Shown piece after piece: positions 11,665 to 24,600 of a DNA stretch of 64,000 nucleotides. The position numbers were made by a program, and so were the translations under genes. The notes under the pieces are model-generated. The model was not told the origin of the DNA. It searched no databases and saw only the letters and a list, made by a program, of their open reading frames with translations. The number at the start of each line of letters is the position of its first letter. The first letter of the stretch is position 1. Location of the stretch: the NCBI GenBank assembly GCA_003693705.1, contig RBZT01000435.1:1-64000 (forward strand), in the 5' to 3' direction. The DNA comes from Polymyxa betae A26-41. Lineage: Eukaryota > Protista > Endomyxa: Phytomyxea.

Positions 11665-11932
11665 CAAGCCAGACTTTTATCGTTCGTGGTCTTGTACGCC
11701 GAGACCCAGCTGGCTAGAATTCTATCCGCATAAGTTATTTATGCTGCCTCATCTTGTGTGAGCAGGCGTGCTGATGCGCTCCAACGCCCCGAATGGCTTT
11801 CGGGAAGTATTAGAAGGTCGTTCCGTTTGATCATTCGTTAACTGAGTGTTTAATCACCAAAAGGCTTTAGTAATCTCTTAATGCAAATATCGAAATGTAT
11901 TGATGATGGTTTGGATGAAAAGATGAAGGCGA

Positions 11933-13439
11933 TCAGCAGAAGCATGATTGGCGATAGGATTTCTTCGCCAAACCTAATCCCTGAAGGAGTTTTTGAAGAA
12001 TGACAGCTTTACTATCGTACGACAATTCCCACATAAACATTCCTAGACGACACACATTTAGAGCTGCGATTCCTAAGCATAAATCGACGAAGACCGACCA
12101 CGAAGCTTCTTCTGGAGAGCGTACTGGGCCTTGATGAAGGACGAATTCGGTGCCTCATACGTGACGAATTCGTTCGTCTCCTCATTATAGAGATATCCAG
12201 CATCAGCAGTCGGGTCCCAGATACGTTCGAATCCATTCGCCTTGGTGAAGTTCTCCTGAATATCGTCGAAACTGGGCGTTGCCTCCGGTGACGAATTATA
12301 GCCCGATCCGATCAGCTTGGATTTCGCCCCCAGAAACTCTTTTGCATACAGAGGAACACCCGTAACCAACTTAGACGGATCGACGCCGCCATCCAGATAG
12401 ACTTTATGACAGTCAGCGACAGATTCAGATTCATCAATAATTCATACGTTGGACAGCATCGACGAAGCCAGGCTTGAAGGGTGCATTATGAGCGGTGACG
12501 TCCATCCATGGGCCAGCGAAATCCTGAGAAGGCATTAACAACAGGGAAACCCTAAACCCTAGCAATGTACATAGATCATGAGGTTGAACCAATCAAGAGT
12601 GCGAGCCATGGCCGGCAGGTCCAGATTCGCGGTCAGCGATTGGCTGATGGCGGTAGCGGCCGTCAACAGCAGCGGCGACTTGCGTTTGTAGAGCTTCTGG
12701 TAGCGGTCCAACTGACGGCGGAGCTCCTGCAGCAGCAGGACGAAGTTCTGCTTGTCGTCCGGCGAGACCGCATTCGTTTCAAGACCGCCTCCAACCGGGT
12801 ACTCCCAACTACAATCAATCTGATCAACGATGATGACCAGAACATGAGAGGACGTTCATACTCGATATCAACACCATCAAACTTGTGCTTGTGAATGTAT
12901 CGAATGACGCTGCGGGCGAACCTCCTGCGAGCCTTAGCTGAGCTAGCGACCGTGCTGAATTCTGTTCATGGGAGTGATTAGCGGAAGGGGATGGTCTCGG
13001 AACCCTAAAACCCTACCTCCGGAATCGGTCCAGCCACCGATAGCGATCAGCTTCTTAAGGTTGGGATTGCATCGCGAGATAGGACCACGAGGGTTGGTCA
13101 AGGCGTCGATCATACCCTGGAAGTATCGCGGCTGTCCAGGGCTCCATTTAGTGTTCTTAATGAGCAGATCAACATCGGTCGCAGGATCACCATAAGCTAC
13201 GAAAGGGGTTTAGAGACAGCGAACGAAATTCCGATCGAAACGCTCACCTATGACGCCATTGGAGGGTTTTGCGAACGCCTGAGAAACGATCAGGTTATGA
13301 GCCGAACGTGTATTTTGCTTACATAGTTGACATGCGTGAGACATCGGGATGGGATATTAAGGGGCGACTGATTCTGAAAGTTCCATGATGCCAAGTACGC
13401 CATCACGACAGTCTTGAGAAGTTGGGCGACATCGACCAT
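11933..13439 (-). CDS. Glycoside hydrolase family 18 chitinase (multi-exon)
   Basis: LTHVNY|AFA, IAIGGWT, FDGVDID|WEYP (intact DxxDxDxE across an intron), NLMIY|DFAGPW, KLVTGVPLY, GMFMWELSYD. Confidence 0.95.
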
Positions 13440-13530
13440 CTTGACTAGAACGATGCGATAGCGTAATGAAGGAGATTGTTGTCAAAGGAGAACGCCGTAT
13501 TAACCTCTCGCATGATCCGACGCAAGTATA

Positions 13531-13637
13531 CGTTGATTGCGTTACACTGGGGGACACCCTCAACGTTGATTGCGTTACACCGGGAGACTCATCCGTTAAC
13601 GTTGAATGCGTTACACTGAGAGACTCAACCGTCAACG
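13531..13637 (+). repeat. Three imperfect 33-36 bp tandem repeats (core CGTTGA[T/A]TGCGTTACAC) upstream of the chitinase
   Basis: Directly visible; ~90-200 bp upstream of the chitinase ATG. Confidence 0.85.
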
Positions 13638-13877
13638 TCCACCAAGGCGAAGTGTGTGGGAAAAAAGTGCGTGACGGCATGAGATAAATAAATGCGTGCG
13701 CTTAGTCTATTTTGTTCGCATCTCTGGATCAATTCTTATTGTGGTTCTTCGTAGATCTGTTTCGTCATCTTCCAGCGTCTTCGCTCTTTTTCCGGTTCCC
13801 TCTCTATACCTCGGCACTTGCGTAGTGTTGGGTTTATTATACTCGAATCGTGATTGTTAGAAATCAGAGAACGAGAC

Positions 13878-13934
13878 CCCTTACATAGATAATGAGGTTA
13901 AACCAGTCAAGGAGGCCAGCTATGGCCGGCAGGC
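13878..13934 (-). pseudogene. Second GH18 chitinase paralogue relic
   Basis: LPAIAGLLDWFNLIIY|GTAAG versus functional LPAMARTLDWFNLMIY|GTAC; same intron position. Confidence 0.8.
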
Positions 13935-14373
13935 GCCGCCAACGAGAGCGGTTGAATGATGATTCGCGTCGACCAAGTCCTTTATTACGGTTATCATTTG
14001 CATCCATTTCTACATGCGGTTACTTATCTCGATATCGGCCTCAGGTGTCATGATGTGGCCGAGAGAATATCTGGATGAGGTTTGAGACAAGATCGGGATT
14101 ATAGAGAATCTGCAGTGATATCGGACCTCTATTTCATTTCTTGTGTGTTTAATTATTGTCAAATGCATTTTGTAATACAGATTCAAGATTCATCTTACCA
14201 GTTAATCATTGTTCAGAAGTTGTTCGTTCTTTTTCTTTATTTAAGTTCATGTTGAGCTGGGCCAAATGTAACAGATCGTTGGGTCTGCTCGATTTCATCT
14301 GCTTGTTGCGGTGCCGAACTCGTGCATTCGTCACAGAAGAATTTCGACAATTGCCTTCACAACTATCGTCATC

Positions 14374-17350
14374 ATGGGTGACGATCTCGCCAACGACATT
14401 GTCCCGATATTCATTCCCGAGAAGAGCCTGGTCAAATATGGCATGAAACTATCCGACGACATTGGCCATTCGGTAATCCCTGCATGCATCTGTCAATATT
14501 AAACGTGAGATGGGCATCAGGTGCCAATGCATTCGTTCGATACGAAACAGATCCAGGACGAGCTCAGTGCTCTCGGGTTCATGTGCGATTTTCACGCCGT
14601 TCGAGATAAGGTGTTCGCCTGGACACAGCCCACCATTCTCGTCGTCAAAGACGATCAGGGTCGGGTCGTCCTGGCCCCCGTCGTCATGCAAATAGTGATG
14701 ACTGGGATCCAGGGCTCTATGGCGAGAATTATTTCTGGGCGGCATCAGAGGCGCTGATGCAGCGATACAATCCCAGCGAGGCTGGGGGCGTTGTGCCCGG
14801 CGAGCCGCAGGTTGGTACTGATCCGAATCCAGCGATGATGGTGACGAATGCGTTGGCAGGAAACGGAAGCGGAATTGGCAGCGAGGCTGCAGAGAGAAGA
14901 GGAAGAACGCCTCGCTGAGACCAAGCTGCTGACGTACGAGGAACCCGATTGGACGCCGCGGCCATGGTTCAGCCTCGGAAGCGAAGCGGAGATCGACCAG
15001 CAATACGTTGAGGGCAGGTTGGTCTCTCTCGGGGGCGCTGCGACAATCGTGTATCGGCTGAGACGGCGATCAGGAACTCCCGGCCGCCGACCTCGTTGCA
15101 GTTCCTGCGCGCCAGGAAACATTTCGGCCGCAAATGCCAGTTCGACAACGTCGACGTGAAAGAGTCGCAGCTGATCACCTGCAATCGTCAGATCGACAAG
15201 AACTACGACCTTCGGAAACTGACGCTGAACGGCGAGTTCCAATCGGCGCCGTCACGAACCGATGCGGCCGTTCAGGTCATCATGTTCATGAGATCTGTTT
15301 CCGAGGCGTCTGAGACCTTGTTGCAGATATCGAATTTCCGATCGGTGAATAAAGCGACGATCTACAACGCCATCAGCATGACCGAGACCGAGCAAACCAT
15401 GGCTCTGGAGAGCGCCGATCTGCAGCGCGCCGTCAAGCTGGCGTCGCCCATCATCCATAAAGCCATCGAGCAGAACCTGACCGTCAACATCTTCAAGGAC
15501 GACTTGGAGATCGCCGATTCCCAGGAGATGTCGCTCGGGACGAAATCCGACAGCGTCAAGTAAGATTCCTTCGATCGAGCTCGTCGCCACCAGATCGTCA
15601 TTGTTGAGCAGATTCTTCAATACGTTCGTCGACCTGGTCCATAGTAAGAATCGTCGCATCACGGCCATCGATTGGGACAAGTTCCGACCCGGTTCGATCG
15701 CCGTCAGCTGTGCTCGGTTTCGAACCGCCGATGAGGTCGAGCAGTTCGTTCGTCGTTGCGCGAACGTCGTATTGATCGTGGATGCAGAGAGTGGAGGTGT
15801 CCGGCAGTCCTCAACCGAGCTCGGTCCTGGTCTGGAATTTCAACGATCTCATTCATCCGGAGATGGTCCTGGAAGCGCCCGACGAGGTCGAACGCCGTCG
15901 TCGCCTCGCCTGCATCCTACTGACCGTGTTGAAGGTTTTCACATTTCGATCGAATCCGAAAGCGCCGCATCTCGTCATTGCAGGTCTCGCCAACGGTCAG
16001 CTCGTTCTTTGGAACACGAACAATCGGCGTCTGGTGGCGAAAACGAGCGACGTGCAGCGCGACCAAGATGCGGAAGGCGTCGATCATGGCTCGGTGTCTT
16101 CGATCGTCCATGTTGATCCAGTTATGATCTCTTATACAGGTATGGAATCTGCAACACGAAATCCACGAAATCACGAAGGTTTCTCTGAATCGTTGCAGAG
16201 AAGTCGCATAGTCGTCCTGTACAAGATCTGCAATGGTTGGCGACCGGATCAGAGGTCCATAAACGTGGCGATCTGCTGACGACGTCCGAGGCGTATAGCG
16301 TGCAGTTCGCATCGCTCGCCGGCGATGGTTATCTGCTGTTCTGGGATATTCGCGGTGATGTCGCTAATCAAGACCAGCATGGAGAATCGAATGAGGCATG
16401 GAAGTTGCTGGTTTGACGACGCCTGCATTGAACCTGGATGGAACAGAGCGATTTCCGATGGACGCCGGTCTTCTCTGTACAGATTAACGGGTTCAATGCG
16501 ACGCGAATGCATCTCTGGAACGATTCCAAGTGCTCGGCGATCTATGCGAATGAGAACGGGACCATCGTCCTGGGAACGTGGCTCCCGAGAAAGGAATCGA
16601 ACAACGCAGACGTATTCGTTGCTCATTATGGGTGAGATGGTTCTGATATAGATCTTAGGACCTGGCGGCTGAACAAACCAATAATAACGTGATCATCGCC
16701 AGCTCACAAGCTCATATGTTATCCATCAATGCTATTCAGGTAAGAGGATATCGCCCTTTTAAAGAGAAACATTCAGCTCTGCGATTCAGGTGTTGCCGGA
16801 TTTTCCCGATCTCGTACTAACCGTCGGCGATTGGTCGTTCACGATCTTCCGAATTGTCGACAAGAAGAAACTGCAACGAATCTTCACATCTGGTTGCGCT
16901 GACGATTACGTCACTGGTTCATGAGATCGTTTTACGGTTTGATTCAGCTGATCCGTCTGCATAGATGCTGTGTTATGTCCAACTAGACCGGGGGTTGTTG
17001 TGGCATCAAAGGCGAATGGGTCGCTGGATGTCTGGGATCTCTGCGATCAGTCTCATAAACCCATCACTCACGATATGATGGTTTCATCGACAGCGATTTC
17101 TTGCATTCAATTCCGTCCGATGAAGTACCCCAATGCTGGCTCGCAGACGATCATTCCATATCTGGCTGTGGGCGATTGCTTTGGAACGTTGAATGTCATT
17201 CAGCTTCCAGTAAATTTCACAACGCCCGTTCCGAACGAGCTGCCGATTATGCAGGCGTTCTATGAGCGCGAAGGACGCCGCTTCGAGTATTTCGAGAGTT
17301 TGAGGCAAGATAAGAAGCAACAGCAGCAGCAGCAATCCGTTGCCGATTAA
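14374..17350 (+). CDS. WDR63: Axonemal dynein intermediate chain WDR63/DNAI3 (IC140-like), multi-exon
   Basis: PRPWFSLGSEAEI, NIFKDD, VLVWNFNDLIHPEMVLEAP, AGLANGQLVLW, LTVGDW, PTRPGV, GSLDVWDL. Confidence 0.85.
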
Positions 17351-17364
17351 ACTATATTACTTGT

Positions 17365-18117
17365 TCAATCCCTCATTTGTCGAAGCCTTTCAGCTCGGTT
17401 GCTTCCGGGCAGTTGGCCAAGTAGCCATTGGAGCGATTGAGCGAGTCCATCGCCATTTAATGCGACCACACCGACAGCTCTACAGACGGCGATTTCGTCT
17501 AAATCCAACAAATTTCTTATTATGTCTGGTGGTAATGCATCTGGAAGATCTTGCTTGTTAGCTAGAATGAGAACGGGCGCGTCGGACAGATCTGGATGTC
17601 CCATAACAGCCTTCAGTTCGGCTTTGACTTCCTCAATACGATGGCGATCAGAAGCATCAACGACGTAAATAATGCCATTAGCTTCCGAATAGTATTTATC
17701 CCAGATGACCTAAGCAATGATGGATGAAAATCATTCACATCAAGGGAACTTCGATACAGACCCGAAGCCCTGATTGGCCACCGACGTCCCAAATAGTTAT
17801 ATCACCAAGATCGCAAACAAAACGAGTCACTGTGCTAAGAGATTTCACAAACGGAAGCGCCGTTCAAACAATTTAGCATTACAGTTGAAGCCGATCGTTG
17901 GAGTGATTACGGGAAGATTCTCATTCGGCTTGGAATTCGGATCGAACAGCAATCGAAATTGTTCGAGGCAGGTCGTTTTTCCAGCATTGTCCAATCCTTA
18001 AAAAGAAACGATTACCAGGTCGGTACAACACTGGCAAGACGTCTGACCGATTATCAGAAGCTGGTATTGCTCCTGGCGGAAAAGCGACGTATACACATGC
18101 TTCAGAATGGCAAACAT
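17365..18117 (-). CDS. ARFRP1: ARF-related small GTPase ARFRP1/Arl3p
   Basis: MFAILKHVYTSLF..EQYQLLII|GLDNAGKTT, ITPTIGFN, WDVGGQ, WDKYYSEA, LANKQD. Confidence 0.85.
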
Positions 18118-18349
18118 GCAAGTCTGGCTGCTGGTCCTGCAGCGTCGATTAGCCGCAGGGACCTCGAAAGCAGCAGGATGAAAGAGATATTCCACTAGAA
18201 GAGTGATGACTGAAGATTTTCCGGCGAGGCCTCATTTCTTGTAAAATGATGTTTATTATAACGTATGCAATTATTAGATTAGAATATCAAGACTGGCTTG
18301 CATGTACGCAGTTACTCAATAGAATATAATATTAAGGTTATTTTTGTCA

Positions 18350-19402
18350 TTAAATGGTCAAACTGCTGGTGATTTCAAACTCGACAGTGATATTTGCCAA
18401 TCCTGGAAATGATATTAGAATGAAGAATTCGTGTCTATACGATGTTCCTTTGATACCTCGGGCGTAAACAGGTTCGGAAGAATACGGAGGCGAACTAGTG
18501 GCGTCCATCGTTATGTTCTTGCTGTTAGCCAGATCCTGCATAATCTCGGCGACCTTTGCTATCTCTTTATCAGAGCTAGGAGCAATCATTCCAAGAATGG
18601 AAAGATCTTGATTCAAGCCTGGAACTATAGACCACGAATTGTTAGAGACCGCTTTGCCAATGTGAACCGCACTTGAATAGAGATCAAATGATAATACACC
18701 AATAGGGTCCAAAGCAAATATTGTCGGGTTGACAACATCGAAAGAAGATTCGATCTGGAAAACAGATTCATCGCCGCCAAGAATGTTGAAAGATTTCACG
18801 GTAGGCTTCATTCCACCAAAACCGGCCAAGACCATTCTCTTCTCCATTATCACAGAGCACTGAGTGAGATTCCCGAAAAGATTCGATAATGGAACGACCT
18901 CCAGATTTGAACGCAACCCAACTTCTATAAATGGATTAACCACAAGGTCCCTTGTAAAACTTGCAAATGCGTTTGCATCCCGAATGACAGAAGTGCTGTT
19001 CAGGAGCAGATTAACAGGGCCAGATATTTCCATGGCATCCATTCGAACCTCAGTGACGATAGAATTCCCATAAAGCAGCTCAACAGTTGCAGGCTTGGTA
19101 TAGACGACGTAGGAATCCGGCAAGCTTAGAGAAGCATCAATGGCGATGGAAAACCCGATTTCCGTCGGATGTGTGATGGAAATGAAATTAGCTCGAAGAT
19201 CGGCTTTTTGTAATTCGTTCTGCATGATTCGGGGAATGATCACAAACAGCCCCAATCCTACGATGATAATGACCGTCAAGCAAATCACACACAATGACGC
19301 GATCGTGATATAACAGATGCGACGGTTCTTGGTCGCTATCGAATTCGACACCGATTGTCGGAGCAGCAGCGGCTGGTCCAGGGTGGATCTCATCTGGGTC
19401 AT
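18350..19402 (-). CDS. Type II single-pass membrane protein with beta-rich DUF3712/LEA2-like lumenal domain
   Basis: 350-aa ORF; N-terminal TM followed by IPRIMQ, 'D.NAFASFTRDL', 'K.M.LAGFGG', 'V.NPT.FAL..IG.LSFDL' patterns. Confidence 0.6.
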   Translation of the reverse strand: MTQMRSTLDQPLLLRQSVSNSIATKNRRICYITIASLCVICLTVIIIVGLGLFVIIPRIMQNELQKADLRANFISITHPTEIGFSIAIDASLSLPDSYVVYTKPATVELLYGNSIVTEVRMDAMEISGPVNLLLNSTSVIRDANAFASFTRDLVVNPFIEVGLRSNLEVVPLSNLFGNLTQCSVIMEKRMVLAGFGGMKPTVKSFNILGGDESVFQIESSFDVVNPTIFALDPIGVLSFDLYSSAVHIGKAVSNNSWSIVPGLNQDLSILGMIAPSSDKEIAKVAEIMQDLANSKNITMDATSSPPYSSEPVYARGIKGTSYRHEFFILISFPGLANITVEFEITSSLTI

Positions 19403-20376
19403 CTCAGCTGTTCACGACAAATAACGCGCAACCACAATGAAGGACACCCCTTTGAAACTGATCTCTGTCAAAATTTCTCCAATACTGTAATCATGTTAAC
19501 AGGCTGGCTATAATGTTACGTTATCCTATAGAAGATACAGCCAACAAGCTGTCTATAGTCTTGTAGTCATTTCGAATAGGCTGCTCTTGAACGAAGACAT
19601 TACTATTGATGTCGTTGCGCACCCAGCCTTGCCTGCTGACCTTTCAAACGTACAGCATGCGAGGGACCCCATGTGGTGAAGCCTGGAAACATTATGTTTT
19701 GAAGTGCAACTGCAATGAATTCCTGTTTTCTTGTTGACACCTTGATTAGAATTGCTGAATCTTTATTCGATCATAACAGCGGCTGCATTTTCAGCTAAAG
19801 CGTATAAAAATGGAGTGAAGACGTTTAGTTAGTATGTTGAAAATAATAACGGACTCAGCTGTTTCCTTCAGCGCAAGGTTACTTCTGGAGTTTTGTCCAA
19901 GTTGTACTTGTAGGTAAGCAAGTAATTATAGAGCTGTGAGATATTGAAATCAATATGTGGTAACGACGATAGAGAGATCTGAGCTAATCTCGGCCAGAAA
20001 TAGTGCATCTCACGTGCCGTAATGGATGGTGAGAGACTCTTGCATCGCTATGTCTCAGAGTCTGACGAACCGATCCGATTCAACAACTTTTTGACGTGCC
20101 ACAACTTCAAACATTGAAGCGAATGTTGCTAATTAAGAACTTGTTGTTTTGCAATCTCGTTGCAGAGCACAACTTTTAATTTCAAGCTGTATGGTAAACT
20201 GTTTTTTGCCGATTATCACCGCATCCTCAGTAGCAAATTGAACGAAATACTATTGCAAAATTCATTGACTACAGTACCAATTAATGATGTCAGCCTGTGT
20301 TACGAATATGAAGTCACTATTGAGGCTGGCCGGGCAAGCTTTATCGTGAATTCGTGCTGCTAGGATGAATGAAGAA

Positions 20377-21094
20377 TCAGTCTTCTAACACCATTTTGAT
20401 TAGGGCGTTGTAGTTGTATATCCCTCTCGAGTCCGATTCGTCCTGAAGCTTTGTTCAGAGAGTGAGCTCATCCCAACACAGATCAACCATACATGCATTT
20501 TCTGTACGAGTTGCCTGGCTTTCTCTGGAGTGCAGACCTCGGTCCCATACATCATTAATGCCTAATTATGACTTCTCAGCTTGAGATAATCCTCACCGGA
20601 ATCATCAAACCGATTCAATCGTTTCCACTTTCACAAACCCGTCAGGGTTTCCTTCTTGAAATAAGCGAAACGCTTTCCTAACATCTTCAGGGTTCTGTTG
20701 GGAGTTGACCTTTCGAGACATAACTGCAACGAATTCCTGTTGACTATGTTAGTCTGGATGACATCTTCTCCAAAAGGGCCACCTCGAACTGAATTTCACC
20801 ATCGCTATTTTCGTCTATCTCTTTAATCATTTTGTCCAATTCTTCCTATAGGTATTTTGCAACAAGTTCTTCAACACAGAGTTTGTTTTTCTCACGCTGG
20901 TAACTCGCATTCCAAGCGTAGACAGGAGCTGCTCAAGTTCACCCTGACTAATGCTGCCTCCGTTGTCCACATCGACAAGCTAACAAGAATTAACAAATGA
21001 CAGAAGATATCATTTAGCCAACTCGGAAAATTTGCTTCAGCTGCTCATATTCTTCAGAGGACATCTGACTAGGCTGGCCTGCTCTTTCTGTCAT
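20377..21094 (-). CDS. Calmodulin-like EF-hand protein (multi-exon)
   Basis: LKQIFR|LVDVDNGGSISQGEL, MIKEIDENSDGEIQFE; degenerate C-lobe. Confidence 0.8.
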
Positions 21095-21607
21095 TATGAT
21101 GAGCGAATTGTAATAACTGATGTGAACCGTTTATGGTACGATCACTTTAATCATTTTATGCACAGGTACAGATATTACGTTTGATGGGCATTGACCAGTC
21201 CAAACCAATTTTCCGCAATTCAGGCGATGCAGAGGATGTCCTTACTATAAATAGAATCATGATTCTGACAACCATATCTATCTTCTGTCTCATTCTGACA
21301 GGGGCAATGTCATCCGGTCATTGATGAGAATAAACACAATCTGAGCTGATTGCAAACCTCGCAACGCGTCGTCGACATTAATCTTACCAAATCTTCATAA
21401 TTTGCATCTCCGGACCGGAAGTTCCTAACTCCGGGGGAAGCGCAATTTCGAGATTACGCAGTCCGAATCAATAGATAGGATCGTCGTTCTTTGAAGTTCA
21501 GGTCCACATTCCTAGAAATCCATTGTAACCACCACTGATTTCCAATCCCTCATACTATAAGCTATATCTAAATTTCTGTCAGTTACTAGTTCAACTAGGC
21601 GCCCAGT

Positions 21608-24600
21608 ATGCCTGGACAGCAGGGTTCGTCGACTCCAGCGTCGACCGGATCGGAATCGCTTCGCGCAAATGCTGCTGAATTCGTTCCAAAGCTGCGAGCT
21701 ACGGCTACTGCATTCGTCCCCAGCGGCAATTATAACGTATATGGTGCACCGAGGATGCAGCAGACATTTATACCGCCTATTCAGCGCCCTGCTTATTACG
21801 TGCCTCGCCAGCACCGGATGGATGTGCCCGGCCTAGTTCAGAACCCCAATATGATGAACCCTATGGTGGCCATGGGACAGGGTCCTTATCATTTCCAGCA
21901 TGGTTTTATGGCCGGTCCAGTGGCTGCTCAATTCCATCCGGGAATGGCGCAAGTCCCGATGATGCCCATGCAGCATGAATCCCAGCCGCCGTCGCGTCGA
22001 CAGACCATGTCTCCAGTTAAGGCAAAAGCTGAGCAGCGTAAGGAAGCTGTGCCTGCCGCCGAGCCTGCCTCTGAATCGACTGATGATAATCCAGCAGAGG
22101 CAATTGATAGAGAGACTGAAGACGCTGTCATTGAGGAGGCTACCGAACGGGTTCAAGAGGCCGCCCCTGCTGTTCAGTCTTCTGGTGGTGATCTGGATTA
22201 CCAATCACATGATGGAGAGCTCGGTGAACCTCAACCTGAATCAGAAAACGACGAGGCTGTTGCAGAGAAGGAGGTAGAAGCAGCACCCGAAGCGGTCTCT
22301 ATCCAGTCTGTAGAAGATGAATCTGCTTCGGTTCCCGAACAATCGGAAACGGAGGAGCCTGAAGCTAATGTCATTGAAGCCGAAGCAAGCGAATCGGAGG
22401 TTAAATCTGTTTCTGCCGCTGATGCGGCTGAAGCAGCCCCTTCTGAAGAAGTCTCGGCAGCAAACGACCTTTCTTCGGGTGGCGAGCCTGTTACTCAAGC
22501 TGATAATACCGCCATGCCGACAGAAGCTGAAGCTGCTACGGAAGAAAGCTCTGCTGAGGAAACCAGCGACAAAGACGAGCGCCGTTACACCGTTGATGAA
22601 ATCCTGGAAGTGCATGCACAGCTTCAAGCAGAACAGGAAGCCTCACGCCCTCCATTGGTTGTTATTGAACCAGCTAGATATTCGGTTCAGGATCTGATGG
22701 TATTCCAACCTAAGTTCAATGACACGCCGGCGTTCACAAATCCATCGCTGGATTGCATTGGTTCTCCCACTGCCTCAAGGCCACATGCTGGTAGTGCCGG
22801 AGGTGGTCGCGATCGACGACCGTCTGTTGACCGTCGTGGATACCATGCGGGGGCGCAACGCGAACGGGGCGCTCGCGGTTACGACAAAGCCAAATCTCGT
22901 GACGCTTCTCGCTCGAGAGAGATTTCCCGAGCTAACTTCGGCCACTTGCAAGGCACCATCAAACCGATGGATGAACGTGAATCTCGTCGCCGTCAAGAAC
23001 GTGAAAAAGATCGCTTCGACGGGCCTGTCCGGGCTCCTGAACCTCAGTTTGAGCCGCTTGCCATGACTGAAAATCGTTACGTTGTCAAGAAAGACGTTGA
23101 AGGAGAAGAACTGGTATCGTACTTGCCGCGAATCCCTCAACATCGTCCTTACTGTTATTAGGCAATTCGTCAAGTTCAATCTGTGTTAAACAAGCTAACA
23201 CCAGAGAAATTCGATCGTCTTGTCACGCAGTTAATCGAGTTAATCATGAGCCACCTTGATCATCTGGAAAGGATTATCGGCCTGGTCTTCGACAAAGCAG
23301 TTAACGAGTTTAACTTTGCCCATATGTATGAAGGAACCCATTTACCTTTGCCTAAGATTTTCTCTAATCTCTTCGAAATCAGGTATAGTGATCTTTGCCA
23401 CTGCCTGCACAAGCGTCTGGCTGGTCTTGAATCAGAAGTTGGCCGTTTCAGGGTAATTCTTCTTGAGCGCTGCCGTGTAGGTTTTCGGATGTTTTCTGTA
23501 TTTACCGCTCATTTCTGAGTTTTAGTTGGAATTCGAATCAAGGAGTCAGTTTGCCGAAAAGATTGCTGGAATTACCGACGAAGATGAACGAGATACCGTT
23601 ACCTTTTTGTCTCGGCGCCGTTCCCGTGGCCTGCTGACATTTATTGGACATCTTTTTAACAGGCAACTATTGCATTTCCAAGTTATCAACCGATGTAATC
23701 CCTTGCTTCCATTCAAATGTCCATCTTCTTACCTTGTTCAGGCTTGGCGCAATTGACTCCTCACACTTCTCTCCAATGTGGAAGAAATATCGAATGGGAT
23801 ATCGAGGATACCTGCACGCTCTGGACTGTTATGGGCAAGAAGTTTGCTACTTTACGTTACGAGGACGTCCAGAGGGTTGTTGACGTGTCTTTCCAAATTA
23901 TTGAGGTATGCTACCTTATATCTGATCGGAATCTTTCCTTTGTAGTCTTATATGGGATTGCAGAATGTAATCGAGACTTGTGAAGTCAGTAGCCGTATGA
24001 TTTTCATGCTCAAAGATCTGGTCGATCTTCGCAACAACCGTTGGGAGCCTCGTCGGGAGGTCGTGGTTGCATCTACACTTGCCGAAGTTCATAAGAAGGT
24101 TCCGTGATCTGTCTTGTTTGCTTCTATATTCTGAAAATCTGGGACAGGCGGCCCAAGAAGCTTTGGCCAAAGAGAGGGCGGCTCAGAAAGCCGACCGTGC
24201 CGATCGTCGGAAACGAGACGACCGAGATCCCCGGTTTGAAAACCGAAGATCAGCGTCGGTTGCCCTTGGCAACACATTTGGTTCTGGTGATGGAAGGTCG
24301 CGACTTAATACTGTTGATGGCTGGAGCCAGAAGATTTCCAAATCCAAGCGAGTTGCTGCACCTGACCAACCTGTAATTCTGCTGCTCTCTTTCTTGACCG
24401 GTTATTAATGACGTCGTTCAGATCAGGGCATCTGTGTCGGCGAAGGACTTAAGGTCTATTCCATCATCTTCGCGCACCGCCGAGGTTCAGGAAACTCAAC
24501 CCGTAGTCAACGCTTACAGCGTATTGGGGCAATCTGAGGATGATGAGAGCCAATCCCCGGATATCACCTCAGAAGAGATTGAAGGCGAAGAGTCTTCATT

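Noticed and set aside
13531-13637. CRISPR-like repeat-spacer array
   Set aside because: Only 3 units, the 'spacers' are short and similar to each other, no cas genes, eukaryotic context
14449-15680. Long antisense ORFs over WDR63 (also over eIF4G, ABCC, WDR17, 10870-11301)
   Set aside because: Shadow ORFs caused by GC-rich codon bias of the sense gene
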